Notes: a model not told the origin generated them from the sequence alone. Shown: positions 31,490 to 41,432, counted from the first letter of the stretch. The stretch: DNA of 64,000 nt from an uncultured Chloroflexia bacterium (GCA_963713975.1 OY970218.1:448001-512000); one strand, 5' to 3'. Made by a program: numbers and translations.

Positions 31490-31941
31490 CGGACGCGTCC
31501 CTCGCGCATCAGGGCGATCGCCTTCTGCACGCGGCGCGACCTCGTCTCCGGGTTGCTGGTCCCCTCGACGCTCAGCGTGAACACGCGCCTGTTGCTGTAG
31601 GAGAGTCCGTCGAAGAAGGCCTTGGCCGCGGGGTCGGCGTCGAGAGCGGTGGCCAGCTCCGGGGGGACCTCCAGCTCGCGCGGAGCCATATCCAGCTCGA
31701 GCGTGACCTGGACCTCGTCTCCCGCCTTGAGGCCCGACGCCTCCCGCTGGTCCGAGTTGACACCCACCCACCATGCACCGCCCATGGGCGCGACGGTGGA
31801 CCGATAGGTGTAGCCGTTCAGGGTGACCACGACGGCCGGGCGCTTGCTGCCGCCCAGGCCAAGCACCGCGGCTTCGGGCACCTCAATGCCGCACGCGGTC
31901 TTGCCCGTCTGCTGGATCGTGGCACGGAAGGCCTGGGTCAT
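31486..31941 (-). CDS. DUF1905 + YdeI/OmpD-associated (OmdA) family protein
   Basis: IEVP...LGG.KRP.V.VT.NGYTYRSTV, VP.ELA.AL...AKAFF..LSYS.RR, PETR.RR. Confidence 0.88.
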   Translation of the reverse strand: MTQAFRATIQQTGKTACGIEVPEAAVLGLGGSKRPAVVVTLNGYTYRSTVAPMGGAWWVGVNSDQREASGLKAGDEVQVTLELDMAPRELEVPPELATALDADPAAKAFFDGLSYSNRRVFTLSVEGTSNPETRSRRVQKAIALMREGRVR

Positions 31942-32525
31942 CGGTGGACGGGCGTCCCCAGCGACCCCAGGACGGCGGCCATGTCCGCGACCCGCGGGTC
32001 CGGCGAGACCTCCGGCGACCACGGGAAGAAGACCAGCGTCCGGCCCACCCGTTGCAGCACGAACTGGGCATCCCGTGGATACCCGATGGCGCCGGTGCCC
32101 GAGGCAAGGTAGCCGGCGAACTCCCGGCCCACGGCGTCGGCGTCGACGTTCGACGGGAGCTCGTAGATGACGACGTAGCCGCCCTGGGGCTCGGACGGCA
32201 GGACGGCCTGGAGCAGCTGCCTGGGGACCCCGATCAGCGACGGGCTCTCACCGGGACGGTACGCCGTCTGCGGGTCCCGGACCTGGAAGCCGGCCCGCTC
32301 GAGCGCCGTCGCGACCTGGGCGTGGGTCCGCGCTGCGGCGTCACCGGCCGGTGCGACCGTCGGTGCCGCCGCTGGACCGCCGACGCCGATCCCCAGGGCC
32401 TGGACGGCGATCAGCAGGGCTCCGACGAGGAGGCTGCCGATGGCGATGACAGCCAGCCAGGCGGGCGGGCCGCCACGCCTGGTGTCGTCGGGTCCCGCGT
32501 CCGTCGTGCCTGCCGGACCGCTCAT
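31938..32525 (-). CDS. Hypothetical membrane-anchored protein
   Basis: Single N-terminal TM helix; overlaps both neighbouring genes by 4 nt. Confidence 0.7.
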   Translation of the reverse strand: MSGPAGTTDAGPDDTRRGGPPAWLAVIAIGSLLVGALLIAVQALGIGVGGPAAAPTVAPAGDAAARTHAQVATALERAGFQVRDPQTAYRPGESPSLIGVPRQLLQAVLPSEPQGGYVVIYELPSNVDADAVGREFAGYLASGTGAIGYPRDAQFVLQRVGRTLVFFPWSPEVSPDPRVADMAAVLGSLGTPVHR

Positions 32526-32866
32526 CCAGGGGGCCAGCCCATCGCTCGGCCGCCGAGGAGGTGGACGTGGAGATGGGCGACCGATTGTCCGCCGTCCGCG
32601 CCGACGTTGGTGACGAGGCGCCAGCCGCCATCCAGGCCCTCGCTCCGCGCCAGGTCGGCCGCGACCAAGAACAGCCGGCCGAGCAGGGATGCGTCGGTCT
32701 CCGCCAGGTCCGCGGCCGAGGCCACGTGGGCAACGGGCATCAGCAGGACGTGCACCGGCGCCTGCGGGTTCACGTCGCGGATCGCGATGACCAGCTCGTC
32801 CTCGTGGAGGCGGGTCGCGGGGATCTCGCCGGTGGCGATCCGGCAGAACAGGCAGTCAGCGGGCAT
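32522..32866 (-). CDS. hinT: Histidine triad nucleotide-binding protein
   Basis: DCLFCRI..GEIP, PQAPVHVL, GQSV.HLHVHLLGGR.MGWPPG. Confidence 0.95.
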   Translation of the reverse strand: MPADCLFCRIATGEIPATRLHEDELVIAIRDVNPQAPVHVLLMPVAHVASAADLAETDASLLGRLFLVAADLARSEGLDGGWRLVTNVGADGGQSVAHLHVHLLGGRAMGWPPG

Positions 32867-34376
32867 CGGCTCCTCCGTTCGATCTCGATCCGGCCAGCAC
32901 CGGCAGGGTGGCCCGGAGCATCCGTGGCGGCGGCTCGACCGCGACGATCTCACCGGTCACGCGCTCGGCGAGGGCTTCATCTGCGGACGTGCGGCGTGCG
33001 GTCACGATCGCGTTCTCGAGGTTGACCGGGTCGTCCGCGCGTGGCACCACCGCCACCAGAACATGATCCTCCGCGTGGCCGACCCATCGGCCGTCCGTGA
33101 GGCGGGTCTCGACGAGCACGCGCGTCACCGTCCCGAGCGCCGCCCGGGCAAACGTCGCCCTGGCCTCCGCCCCAAGGGCCAGGAGCGCTGCCGCGCGCGC
33201 CTTCTTCACCGGCGATGGGACCTGGCCGTCCATGCGTGTCGCGGGTGTCCCGGGTCGGGCCGAGTAGCGGAAGACGTGGAGTCCCGCGGGTTCCAGCGCC
33301 CGGATGAAGGCGACCGAGCGCTCGAACGCTTCCTCGTCCTCGGTGGGGAACCCGGCGATGACATCGGCGTGCACCGCGACGCCCGGGATCGCCGCACGAA
33401 CGCGCTCGACCATGCGGGCGTAGTCGTCGGCCAGGTAGCGGCGGCCCATCCGCCGCAGGACGCCGTCGTCGCCGCTCTGGAGCGGGAGATGGACGTGCGG
33501 CAGCGTCCGCGGAGCGCCTTCGACCCAGGCCGTCAGCAGCTCGTCGTCCACGTGCTGCGGCTCGATGGAGCTCAGCCGGATCCTCTCGACCGAGGTCTCG
33601 TCCAGGATCCTCCGGACCAGGCCGGCGAGGGTCAGGACGCTTCGGAGGTGAGAGCCACGGGCCCCGCGCTCAGACCAGCCGCCGTCGTAGGTGCCGATGT
33701 TGATGCCGGTCAGGACGATCTCGCGGTGACCGGCGGCGAGCGCCCGGCGCACGTCCGCCAGCACGACGTCCGGTGCCAGCGATCGCTCCGCGCCACGGGC
33801 CCGCGGAATGATGCAGTACGTGCAGTGGAACGAGCAGCCGTCCTGGACCTTCACGAACGCCCGCGTCCGCTCGACCGAGGCCCGGTCATCTGCCACCCCG
33901 TCCAGCCCGGCGGCCGTCACGGCCTCGACGCCCGACAGCGTCGGCAGCGCGGCGTCGAGCGGGGCGTGCGGGGCGTTGTCGGGGTGGTCGCTGATGCGGA
34001 GGAGGCCCTCGAGCTCCGCCAGGAACGCGGCCTTGTCCTCGTTGCCCACCAGCCTCGCCCTCGGATCGACCGTCGCGAAGGTATGGGGGTCGACCTGGAC
34101 CGAGCATCCGGTCACCACGACCTGGGCGTCCGGGTTGGCCCGGCGGACCCGTCGGACGGCAGCGCGTGACTTCTCGTCGGCGGTGGACGTCACGGTGCAG
34201 GTGTTGACGAGGTAGAGCTCCGCGGGCCGGGTCGCGTCCACCAGCGAAATGCCGGCCTCGCGGAGGAGGCGGGCCGCGGCCTCCATCTCGGACTGGTTGA
34301 CCTTGCAGCCCAGGTTGACGATCGCGGCCGAGCGCGGCCGGGCGGGCGCTGTTGCGGGTGAACCGGCCTGGAGCAT
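32856..34376 (-). CDS. mtaB: tRNA (ms2t6A37) methylthiotransferase MtaB
   Basis: LGCKVNQSE, NTCTVT, KVQDGC...CTYC radical-SAM motif, HLPLQSG, HVFRYSARPGT; usual position downstream of prmA. Confidence 0.9.
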   Translation of the reverse strand: MLQAGSPATAPARPRSAAIVNLGCKVNQSEMEAAARLLREAGISLVDATRPAELYLVNTCTVTSTADEKSRAAVRRVRRANPDAQVVVTGCSVQVDPHTFATVDPRARLVGNEDKAAFLAELEGLLRISDHPDNAPHAPLDAALPTLSGVEAVTAAGLDGVADDRASVERTRAFVKVQDGCSFHCTYCIIPRARGAERSLAPDVVLADVRRALAAGHREIVLTGINIGTYDGGWSERGARGSHLRSVLTLAGLVRRILDETSVERIRLSSIEPQHVDDELLTAWVEGAPRTLPHVHLPLQSGDDGVLRRMGRRYLADDYARMVERVRAAIPGVAVHADVIAGFPTEDEEAFERSVAFIRALEPAGLHVFRYSARPGTPATRMDGQVPSPVKKARAAALLALGAEARATFARAALGTVTRVLVETRLTDGRWVGHAEDHVLVAVVPRADDPVNLENAIVTARRTSADEALAERVTGEIVAVEPPPRMLRATLPVLAGSRSNGGADAR

Positions 34377-34864
34377 CACCACAGCGCCGGCTTCGTCGAC
34401 ATGAGGAAGGCGATCAGGCCGACGGCCGTCGTCACGCCATACGCGATGTAGCGCTGCCGCCGGGCGCGATCCCTCCAGGCATCGCGGTCCGCATCGGTCT
34501 CGATCCCCTCCCGGCGGGCGAGGCCGCGCAGCGTGGGGCGCTGGATGACGAAGACCACGACGGCGGTGACCCCGTAGGTGGCCAGGCTGACCAGCAACCA
34601 GGGCTGCTCCAGCATCCGCGGCCCGAGGACGGCGATCATGCCGATCCCGGTCAGCGCCAGCCCGATCCCGATGGCGACCGTGCCGTGCGCTTGGATCCAG
34701 AGCAGCATGCGCACGAACCGGCCCGGCTCCGGCGCGTCGTAGCCCACGGCCACCTGCCGGTTCCGGAGCGTGAACGGCAGCATCAGGCTCGGCACGAACA
34801 GGGCGATCGCGAGCGTGATGTGGGTCGCGAGGATGATCGGGAAGAGCGAGGACAGGTCGGGCAT
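34376..34864 (-). CDS. Four-TM membrane protein (DUF2269-like)
   Basis: Four hydrophobic helices ending in LM.TKP. Confidence 0.7.
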   Translation of the reverse strand: MPDLSSLFPIILATHITLAIALFVPSLMLPFTLRNRQVAVGYDAPEPGRFVRMLLWIQAHGTVAIGIGLALTGIGMIAVLGPRMLEQPWLLVSLATYGVTAVVVFVIQRPTLRGLARREGIETDADRDAWRDRARRQRYIAYGVTTAVGLIAFLMSTKPALW

Positions 34865-34893
34865 CGAGTCCGGATCGTAGCGCAGGGTGGCGC

Positions 34894-35334
34894 TCAGGCC
34901 CGGCGCCGTCCACTCGAGTCCGGCAGCACGATCACCGGGTGACCCTCCGCGCGTGCGGCTGCGACGAGTGCGCCATCGGCGGTGGCGATGGGCTCGTGCT
35001 GGACCATCCCGGTCGCCAGGACGATGCAGTCCGCGAGCGAGACTGGCCGCCTGTCCCGATCCCAGTGGCGTGCTCGCAGCAAGCCCGCTTGTCGCCCGAT
35101 CTCCGCATCGACCGGGACCTCCGCGAGCCCTGCAGCGACCAGCGTGTCGACCAGCTCCAGGCAGACCTCGACGCGTCGACCAGCGCGCTTGACGATGACG
35201 TCGACGATCTCCGCGATTCCGGTGGACGGGATGGACGGCGGACCCTCGGAGCCCCTGAGGAGTGCCTCGGCCTCGTCGGCTCCCGGCTCATCGAGGAGGA
35301 GCGCGATCACCACGGTCGAGTCGAGCACGCTCAT
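34894..35334 (-). CDS. vapC: PIN-domain toxin (VapC)
   Basis: VLDSTVVIA..DEPG, AEI, SLADC..LA, TAD acidic PIN residues. Confidence 0.9.
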   Translation of the reverse strand: MSVLDSTVVIALLLDEPGADEAEALLRGSEGPPSIPSTGIAEIVDVIVKRAGRRVEVCLELVDTLVAAGLAEVPVDAEIGRQAGLLRARHWDRDRRPVSLADCIVLATGMVQHEPIATADGALVAAARAEGHPVIVLPDSSGRRRA

Positions 35335-35585
35335 CGGCCCAGCTGTCCGAACTTGCGCTCCTCCGCTGCCTCCTCCTCACTCCTCAGCTCGCGGCGCACG
35401 TCATCGCTCGTGAGGTCCGTTCCACGCAACGAGCCGCGGAGCGTCTTGATCGGGTCGTCGGGGAGCGGGCGGATGACGAGCGAGTCACCGACCTCCGTGA
35501 CCACAACGCGATGGACCCCCCAGCGATGGCGGATCGCCGCGGGGATCGAGATCTGGCCGCCCTTTGAGATCGTTGCGATCTTCAT
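35331..35585 (-). CDS. vapB: AbrB/MazE/SpoVT-family antitoxin
   Basis: MKIATISKGGQISIPAAIR; overlaps the PIN gene by 4 nt; TATCAT 7 nt before ATG. Confidence 0.88.
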   Translation of the reverse strand: MKIATISKGGQISIPAAIRHRWGVHRVVVTEVGDSLVIRPLPDDPIKTLRGSLRGTDLTSDDVRRELRSEEEAAEERKFGQLGR

Positions 35586-35649
35586 GGAGCACATGATATC
35601 GCATGCATCGCTTTCGAACACATGAGACATGCCCCGATTCATGAGGCGC

Positions 35650-36696
35650 TCAGGCAGGCCGGCGGACCTCCAGGGCCACCCAGTCGCCCTCGGTGTGGCG
35701 GTCCACGACCGCGAGGCCGCGGGCCCGGAAGGCGTCGACGACCGCCTCCTCGCGGTTCTCGAAGATCCCGGAGGCGAGGAGCGTGCCGCCCGGTCGCAGG
35801 TCCTCGACCAGGCCATCGGCGAGCGTGATCAGCAGCGATGCGATGAGGTTCGCGAGCACGACATCGAACGGGCCCTCGCCGCTCGGCGCGCTGCCCTCGC
35901 GGGCCCGGATGACCCGGCTGAGACGGTTGCGCCGCGCATTCGCCGCCGACGCCTGCACCGCGATCGGGTCGACGTCCACCGCCAGCACCTCGCGTGCGCC
36001 CAGCCTGGCCGCAGCGATGGCGAGGATGCCGGACCCGGAGCCGACGTCCAGGACCCGGGCGGGTCCGCCGTCGGGCGCCCCGCGATCCAGCCGGCTACAG
36101 TCCGCGAGCGACTCGAGCGCCGCGAGGCACAGCCTCGTCGTCGGGTGCAGGCCGGTGCCGAAGGCCATGCCGGGGTCGAGCGCGAGGATCACGTCGTCGG
36201 GCTGGCGGCGGTGCCGGCGCCATGTGGGCCGGATCACGATCCTGCGCCCGACTCGCAGGACCGGGAAGTGCGCCTTCCAGCCGTTCGCCCAGTCGGCCTC
36301 GACCACCACGCGTGCGGACAGGTCGCCGATCGGCCGCAGACCGAAGGCCTGGAGGTGCCCGAGATCCCGATCGGCCCGGCCGACGGCGTCGGTGACGGCG
36401 ACGGGGTCGAGGATCGGGAGGTGCGCCCGCACCATCGCCGGCCGGGCCAGGTCCACGCGCGCGGCGAGTCCCTCGTCCACCAGCTCGAACGCAGGCTCCA
36501 CGCTCGTCCCGCCGGGCGCGGCGCGCGACAGGATCTCCGAGACGGCCTCGACGGCCTCGTGGTCCGCGGCGACGGACAGCTCCAGCCACGCACCGGGGGT
36601 GGCGGCCGCGGCCGTGAGATCGATATCCGAAAGGGGACGGGAGCCCGCTGTGACCGGTCCCGTGGCGCTGCCCGCGCCCGGCGAGCCGTCGGTCAC
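35650..36696 (-). CDS. prmA: Ribosomal protein L11 methyltransferase
   Basis: DWANGWK, LDPGMAFGTG.HPTT.LC, LDVGSGSGIL, ANLIA, LASGI. Confidence 0.95.
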   Translation of the reverse strand: MTDGSPGAGSATGPVTAGSRPLSDIDLTAAAATPGAWLELSVAADHEAVEAVSEILSRAAPGGTSVEPAFELVDEGLAARVDLARPAMVRAHLPILDPVAVTDAVGRADRDLGHLQAFGLRPIGDLSARVVVEADWANGWKAHFPVLRVGRRIVIRPTWRRHRRQPDDVILALDPGMAFGTGLHPTTRLCLAALESLADCSRLDRGAPDGGPARVLDVGSGSGILAIAAARLGAREVLAVDVDPIAVQASAANARRNRLSRVIRAREGSAPSGEGPFDVVLANLIASLLITLADGLVEDLRPGGTLLASGIFENREEAVVDAFRARGLAVVDRHTEGDWVALEVRRPA

Positions 36697-37817
36697 CCGA
36701 GCCCCAGCTTCTCGCGCAGGCCGGACGGGGCGGAGACGTGCTCCCCGCCCTCCTTGGCGTACGTCTCGAGGAGCTCGCGCTGGCGCTTGGTCAGCTTGGT
36801 CGGCACGACGACGTTGGCGATGACGTGGAGGTCCCCGCGGGAGCTGTGGCGGCGGAGATGCGGCACGCCGCGACCGCGGAGGCGGATCTCGGTCCCGGGC
36901 TGGGTCCCGGGCTTGATGTCCACCTCCGCATCCTCGCCCTCGACGGTCGGCACCATGAGCTTCGTCCCCAGGGCGGCCTGTGCGATGGACAGGTCAGCCT
37001 CGTAGAACAGCTCGGTCCCCTCGCGGGTGAGCGTCGGGTGGGGGGCGACGTGGACGGCCACGTAGAGGCTCCCCGCAGGCCCGCCCCGCGGGCCCACCTC
37101 GCCCTCGTTGGACAGACGGATCTGGTGCCCCTCGTCGATGCCGGCGGGGATCGTCACCCGGAGGCTCCTGCGGCGTTGGGTCCGTCCCTCGCCGCTGCAT
37201 GTGTCGCAGCCGTTCTCGACGATCTTCCCCTCGCCCCGGCAGCGCGGACAGGGTGCCACGTTCACCATCTGGCCGAGCATCGTCTGGCGCACCGAGCGGA
37301 CCTCGCCCCGGCCGTTGCACCCGGGACACTGGACCGGCGCGGAGCCATCCTTGGCACCCGATCCACCACAGGTGTCACAGCGGCCGAGGACCGGGAACTC
37401 GATCTCCTTCTCGACCCCGAGGACCGCCTCGTCGAAGGCGATCCGCAGGTCGTAGCGCAGGTCCGAGCCCTGGCTGGGTCGCCCGCGACGTGCCGAGCCC
37501 GCCATCGAGCCCCCGAAGAAGGCGTCGAAGATGTCCGAGAATCCGCCGAACCCCGCCGCCCCTGCCCCGAAGCCCCCGTCCCCACCTGCCCCGCTCACGC
37601 CGGCGCGCCCGAACATGTCGTACGCCTGGCGTCGCTGCGCGTCGGAGAGGACCTGGTAGGCCTCGTTGATCTCCTTGAACCGCTCCTGCGCCGCGTCGTC
37701 CGCGTTGACATCCGGGTGCCATTGCTGGGCGAGCTTGCGGAAGGCGCGCTTGATGTCGGCGTCGCCGGCGGTGCGGTCGACCCCGAGCACCTCGTAGTAG
37801 TCGCGTTCGGCAGTCAT
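36693..37817 (-). CDS. dnaJ: Molecular chaperone DnaJ
   Basis: J domain with HPD, G/F-rich region with DIF, four CxxCxGxG repeats. Confidence 0.97.
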   Translation of the reverse strand: MTAERDYYEVLGVDRTAGDADIKRAFRKLAQQWHPDVNADDAAQERFKEINEAYQVLSDAQRRQAYDMFGRAGVSGAGGDGGFGAGAAGFGGFSDIFDAFFGGSMAGSARRGRPSQGSDLRYDLRIAFDEAVLGVEKEIEFPVLGRCDTCGGSGAKDGSAPVQCPGCNGRGEVRSVRQTMLGQMVNVAPCPRCRGEGKIVENGCDTCSGEGRTQRRRSLRVTIPAGIDEGHQIRLSNEGEVGPRGGPAGSLYVAVHVAPHPTLTREGTELFYEADLSIAQAALGTKLMVPTVEGEDAEVDIKPGTQPGTEIRLRGRGVPHLRRHSSRGDLHVIANVVVPTKLTKRQRELLETYAKEGGEHVSAPSGLREKLGLG

Positions 37818-37831
37818 GGGCGGAGATGAGT

Positions 37832-38563
37832 CTACGGGACGTTGGGCTCTAGGCCCGCCAATCGGGCGGCACGGGCGAACACCGCCTGCATCATCGGCTG
37901 GGTGAGCCGCCCGGTGAAGGTGTTCTGCTGGCTGGGGTGGTAGGTGCCGACCAGGTCGTACGGGCCGATGCGGGTCTGCGCCCCGTGCCCGAAGCGGGGC
38001 CTGGGAGTTGGGATCCCGTGGCCCAGCGCGGCGAGGGACCGGAGCGTCGCGTCCCAGCCGATGGCCCCGAGCGGGACGATCACGCGCAGGGCCGGGAGCA
38101 GCGCCAGTTCACGGTCGAGGAAGGGGCGACAGGTGGCCTGCTCGCCGGTCGTCGGCTTGTTCGCCGGTGGCACGCATCTGACGGCGGCCACGACGCGGAC
38201 CCCGTCGAGGGTCAGCCCGTCATCGGCCCGGCGGCCGGTCGGGCGGTCCGCGAGGCCCACGGCGTGGAGGGCTCGCCACAGAAAGTCGCCCGACGCGTCG
38301 CCGGTGAACACGCGCCCCGTCCGGTTGGCACCGTGGGCACCCGGGGCCAGGCCCACGAGCAGGATCCGCGCTCCCGGGTCGCCGAAGCCCGGCACGGCGC
38401 GGCCCCAGTACGTCTCGTCGCGGAACCTGGCGACCTTGACCCGCGCCTGCTCCTCCCGCCACGCGACCAGGCGGGGGCAGGCGACGCAATCGGTGATGCT
38501 GGCGTCCAGGGCGGGCAGGTCGCGGGCGATCCGTGCGGCGGCGATGGGATCGATGATGGGCAC
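37832..38563 (-). CDS. udgB: Uracil-DNA glycosylase, family 5
   Basis: C..CPRL Fe-S motif, GLAPGAHGANRTGRVFTGD, HPSQQNT. Confidence 0.92.
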   Translation of the reverse strand: MPIIDPIAAARIARDLPALDASITDCVACPRLVAWREEQARVKVARFRDETYWGRAVPGFGDPGARILLVGLAPGAHGANRTGRVFTGDASGDFLWRALHAVGLADRPTGRRADDGLTLDGVRVVAAVRCVPPANKPTTGEQATCRPFLDRELALLPALRVIVPLGAIGWDATLRSLAALGHGIPTPRPRFGHGAQTRIGPYDLVGTYHPSQQNTFTGRLTQPMMQAVFARAARLAGLEPNVP

Positions 38564-38581
38564 GCGCCGATCGTAGCGGTC

Positions 38582-39391
38582 CTACTTGAGCAGCAGCCGG
38601 TCAAGGCGACGACCAACGACCACGAGCCCTACCAGGCCCATCACGCCCAGGTACACGACGTGCCACAGGATCGACGGTTCGACGAAGCCGGTCGTGAGCG
38701 CCCGGATCATGTCGGTCCCCTGCCACAGCGGGGTCAGCCGGACGATGACCTGGAGGGGCTCCGGGTAGGCCGTGATCGGGAAGAAGGTGCCGCTGAACAG
38801 GAACAGCGGGAGCACGACGAGGTTGATCAGGTCGAAGTCCTGCCAGCTGCGCATGAAGGTGGTCGCGGCCATGCCCACGGCGGCGAAGGCGAACGCGAGC
38901 AGCATCGCGGCCGGGACCGCGAACACCGCCCAAGGTGAGGCGACGAGACCCAGGACCGTGATCACGACCATGAACCCCAGCGCGTACAGCGTCGCCCGGA
39001 TCACGGACCAGCCGATCTCGCCCAGCGCCACGTCGCCCGGGTCCATGGGCGTGACGAGGATCGCGTCGTAGGTCTTCTGGTAGTTGAGCTTGAAGAACAC
39101 GTTGAACGTGGATTCGGCGATGGCCCCGTTCATGGACGCCGAGGCGAGCAGCGCCGGTGCCACGAACATCGCGTACGGGATGGCGGTCCCGTCGGGGCCG
39201 GGGACGTCACCCACCATGCCGCCGATGCCGAGCCCGATCGAGAGCAGGTAGAACAGCGGCTCGAAGAAGCCGGACAGGATGACCAGCCACCCGCTCCGGT
39301 AGACGAACAGGTTGCGCTCGATGAGCAGCAGCGCCCGGCGGCCGCCGAATCCGGCCGGGAGCACGCGCTGCATCGCGAGGATGGCGTTCAT
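38582..39391 (-). CDS. ABC-2 type exporter permease
   Basis: EPLFYL, FVAPAL.A, PLFLFSGTFFP. Confidence 0.9.
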   Translation of the reverse strand: MNAILAMQRVLPAGFGGRRALLLIERNLFVYRSGWLVILSGFFEPLFYLLSIGLGIGGMVGDVPGPDGTAIPYAMFVAPALLASASMNGAIAESTFNVFFKLNYQKTYDAILVTPMDPGDVALGEIGWSVIRATLYALGFMVVITVLGLVASPWAVFAVPAAMLLAFAFAAVGMAATTFMRSWQDFDLINLVVLPLFLFSGTFFPITAYPEPLQVIVRLTPLWQGTDMIRALTTGFVEPSILWHVVYLGVMGLVGLVVVGRRLDRLLLK

Positions 39392-39395
39392 CGGG

Positions 39396-40238
39396 TCACT
39401 GCTCCAGCTGCCGCCGGAACATCACGAACGTCGCGATCACGCCGCCCGTGGCCATCGCCGAGAGGATGACGAGATGCGCCAGCATCAGCCCGGGCTCCTC
39501 CCCGGCCGTGCCCAACGCCAGCGAGCGCCCCAGGTCCACCCCGTGCCACAGGGGCAGCAGCCAGGCCACCACCTGGAGCGGCTCGGGCAGCTGGCTGATC
39601 GGGAAGAACGTGCCCGAGAACAGGAACAGCGGGGTGATCCCGAACCGCCAGATCGAGTTGAATGACGTGGTGTCGCGCTGGGTGGACATGTACGCGGCGA
39701 TGGGTCCCGCGAACGCGAGCGCAGTCAGGGTCCCGACGGCCACCGTCAGCACGATGCCCGGCGTCGCGGCCGCGCCGAACACCACGATCACCACCATGAA
39801 GATGGCACCCACCAGGGTCGCCCGCGTCGAGACCCAGGCGAGGAGGCCCGCGGCGATGGAGTACGGGGAGATCGGGGTCGCGACCATGCCGTGGAAGCGA
39901 CGGATCCAGTGGAACCCGGCGAGGACCGGAAAGGTGGCCTCGAACACCGAGCCCTGCATGACCGTGGACACCAGCAGGGCCGGCGCCAGCCACTGGAGGT
40001 AGGACACGCCGCCCAGCGCCTGGGCCCCGCCGCCGGCGTCCACGTAGGACCCGAGGCCGATCCCCATCGCGACCAGGAACAGTGCCGGCTGGGCGAAGTT
40101 CCCGATGATCGAGCCACGCCAGGTGCGAACGTAGAGCAGCCAGTGGTGCTCGTAGACGGCGCGTGCGCCGGCCAGCGACGAGCGACGCGGTCCGGCGCCC
40201 ACGGCGGGCGGTCCGAGCGGCGCCTCGACGACCGCCAT
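39396..40238 (-). CDS. ABC-2 type exporter permease
   Basis: YLQWLAPALL, PLFLFSGTFFP, PLWHGVDL. Confidence 0.9.
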   Translation of the reverse strand: MAVVEAPLGPPAVGAGPRRSSLAGARAVYEHHWLLYVRTWRGSIIGNFAQPALFLVAMGIGLGSYVDAGGGAQALGGVSYLQWLAPALLVSTVMQGSVFEATFPVLAGFHWIRRFHGMVATPISPYSIAAGLLAWVSTRATLVGAIFMVVIVVFGAAATPGIVLTVAVGTLTALAFAGPIAAYMSTQRDTTSFNSIWRFGITPLFLFSGTFFPISQLPEPLQVVAWLLPLWHGVDLGRSLALGTAGEEPGLMLAHLVILSAMATGGVIATFVMFRRQLEQ

Positions 40239-41179
40239 CAGTCCACCAGGCTGCGGCCGGTCAGCCGCAGAAACACGTCCTCCAGCGAGCTCCGCCGGAC
40301 GAGGACGGTCTCCGGCACGAGGCCCCGCCCGTGCGCCGCGACCGCGACCGCCTCACCATCTTCGGAGTACACGAGCACCCGGTCCGGGAGCAGCTCGACC
40401 CGTTCGCCGAGGCCGTCCAGGCGCCCTTCGAGCGTCTCCTGGACGCCGACCGGGAAGCGCATCTCCGTCACCTCGCGGGTGGCGTATTGATCGATGAGCT
40501 GGCGCGGCGAGCCGGCGGCGACGATCCTCGCCTGGTCCATCACCACGAGCCGGTCACAGAGCTGCTCGGCCTCGTCCATGTAGTGGGTCGTGAGGACCAG
40601 CGTGACGCCGCGCTGCTTGAGCCGGTAGAGGCGCTCCCAGAGCAGGTGCCGGGCCTGAGGGTCCAACCCCGTGGTGGGCTCGTCGAGCAGCAGGATCGAC
40701 GGCTCATTGATCAGGGCGCGGGCGATCGTCAGGCGCCGCTTCATGCCACCCGAGAGCGGCTCGACCTTGTCGTTCGCGCGCTCGGACAGCTGCGCGAACT
40801 CGAGCAGGCCGTCAGCGCGACTGCCGCTCTCGGCCCGGGTCAGCCCGAAGTACCGCCCGTAGATCACCAGGTTGTCGCGGACCGACAGCTCCGTGTCGAG
40901 GGTGTCCTGCTGGGGCACCACGCCAAGTCGGCCGCGGATCCGCGGTCCGTCCAGAGCGGGGTCCAGATCCAGGATCCGGAGCGTCCCGGCACTGACCGGG
41001 GACACGCACGCGATCATGCGCATCGTGCTGGTCTTGCCCGCGCCGTTGGGACCCAGGAAGCCGAAGCTCTCGGCCGGGGCGACGTCGAAGTCGATGCCGT
41101 CCACCGCCGTGAACGTCCCGAAACGCTTGGTCAGCCCCTGGGCGTGGATCAGCGGCGGGGTCGGATTCTGCTCGGACAT
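40238..41179 (-). CDS. ABC exporter ATP-binding protein (NodI-like)
   Basis: GPNGAGKT, LSGGMKRR, LLLDEPTTGLDP, TTHYMDEAE. Confidence 0.95.
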   Translation of the reverse strand: MSEQNPTPPLIHAQGLTKRFGTFTAVDGIDFDVAPAESFGFLGPNGAGKTSTMRMIACVSPVSAGTLRILDLDPALDGPRIRGRLGVVPQQDTLDTELSVRDNLVIYGRYFGLTRAESGSRADGLLEFAQLSERANDKVEPLSGGMKRRLTIARALINEPSILLLDEPTTGLDPQARHLLWERLYRLKQRGVTLVLTTHYMDEAEQLCDRLVVMDQARIVAAGSPRQLIDQYATREVTEMRFPVGVQETLEGRLDGLGERVELLPDRVLVYSEDGEAVAVAAHGRGLVPETVLVRRSSLEDVFLRLTGRSLVD

Positions 41180-41219
41180 CGGCCGCGCATCGTACCGCAG
41201 GCCATCGTGCCGAAGCGCA

Positions 41220-41432
41220 TCAGGAGATCCGACCCGGTACCTCGTTGAGCGGAGTGGCCGTGACGCCGGCCCCGGCGGCCGCGTGGAGCTGCGCCCGGTC
41301 GACGCCGATCATGGTGGCCCCCAGATGCCTGGCGACCTCGATGTGCGCGGCATCCGGGACGCGGATCCCATGATCCAGCGCGAGGGTGTAGGCCGCGGCG
41401 GCGTGTTCGCGGCCGCGGGTGCCGCTGCCCAC
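41220..41432 (-). pseudogene. C-terminal remnant of a PIN-domain (VapC-like) protein
   Basis: AYTLALDHGIRVPDAAHIEVARHLGATMIGVDRAQLHAAA resembles the PIN C-half (L...DA.H.A.A....T.D..L..AA); the N-terminal D motif is missing. Confidence 0.5.
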
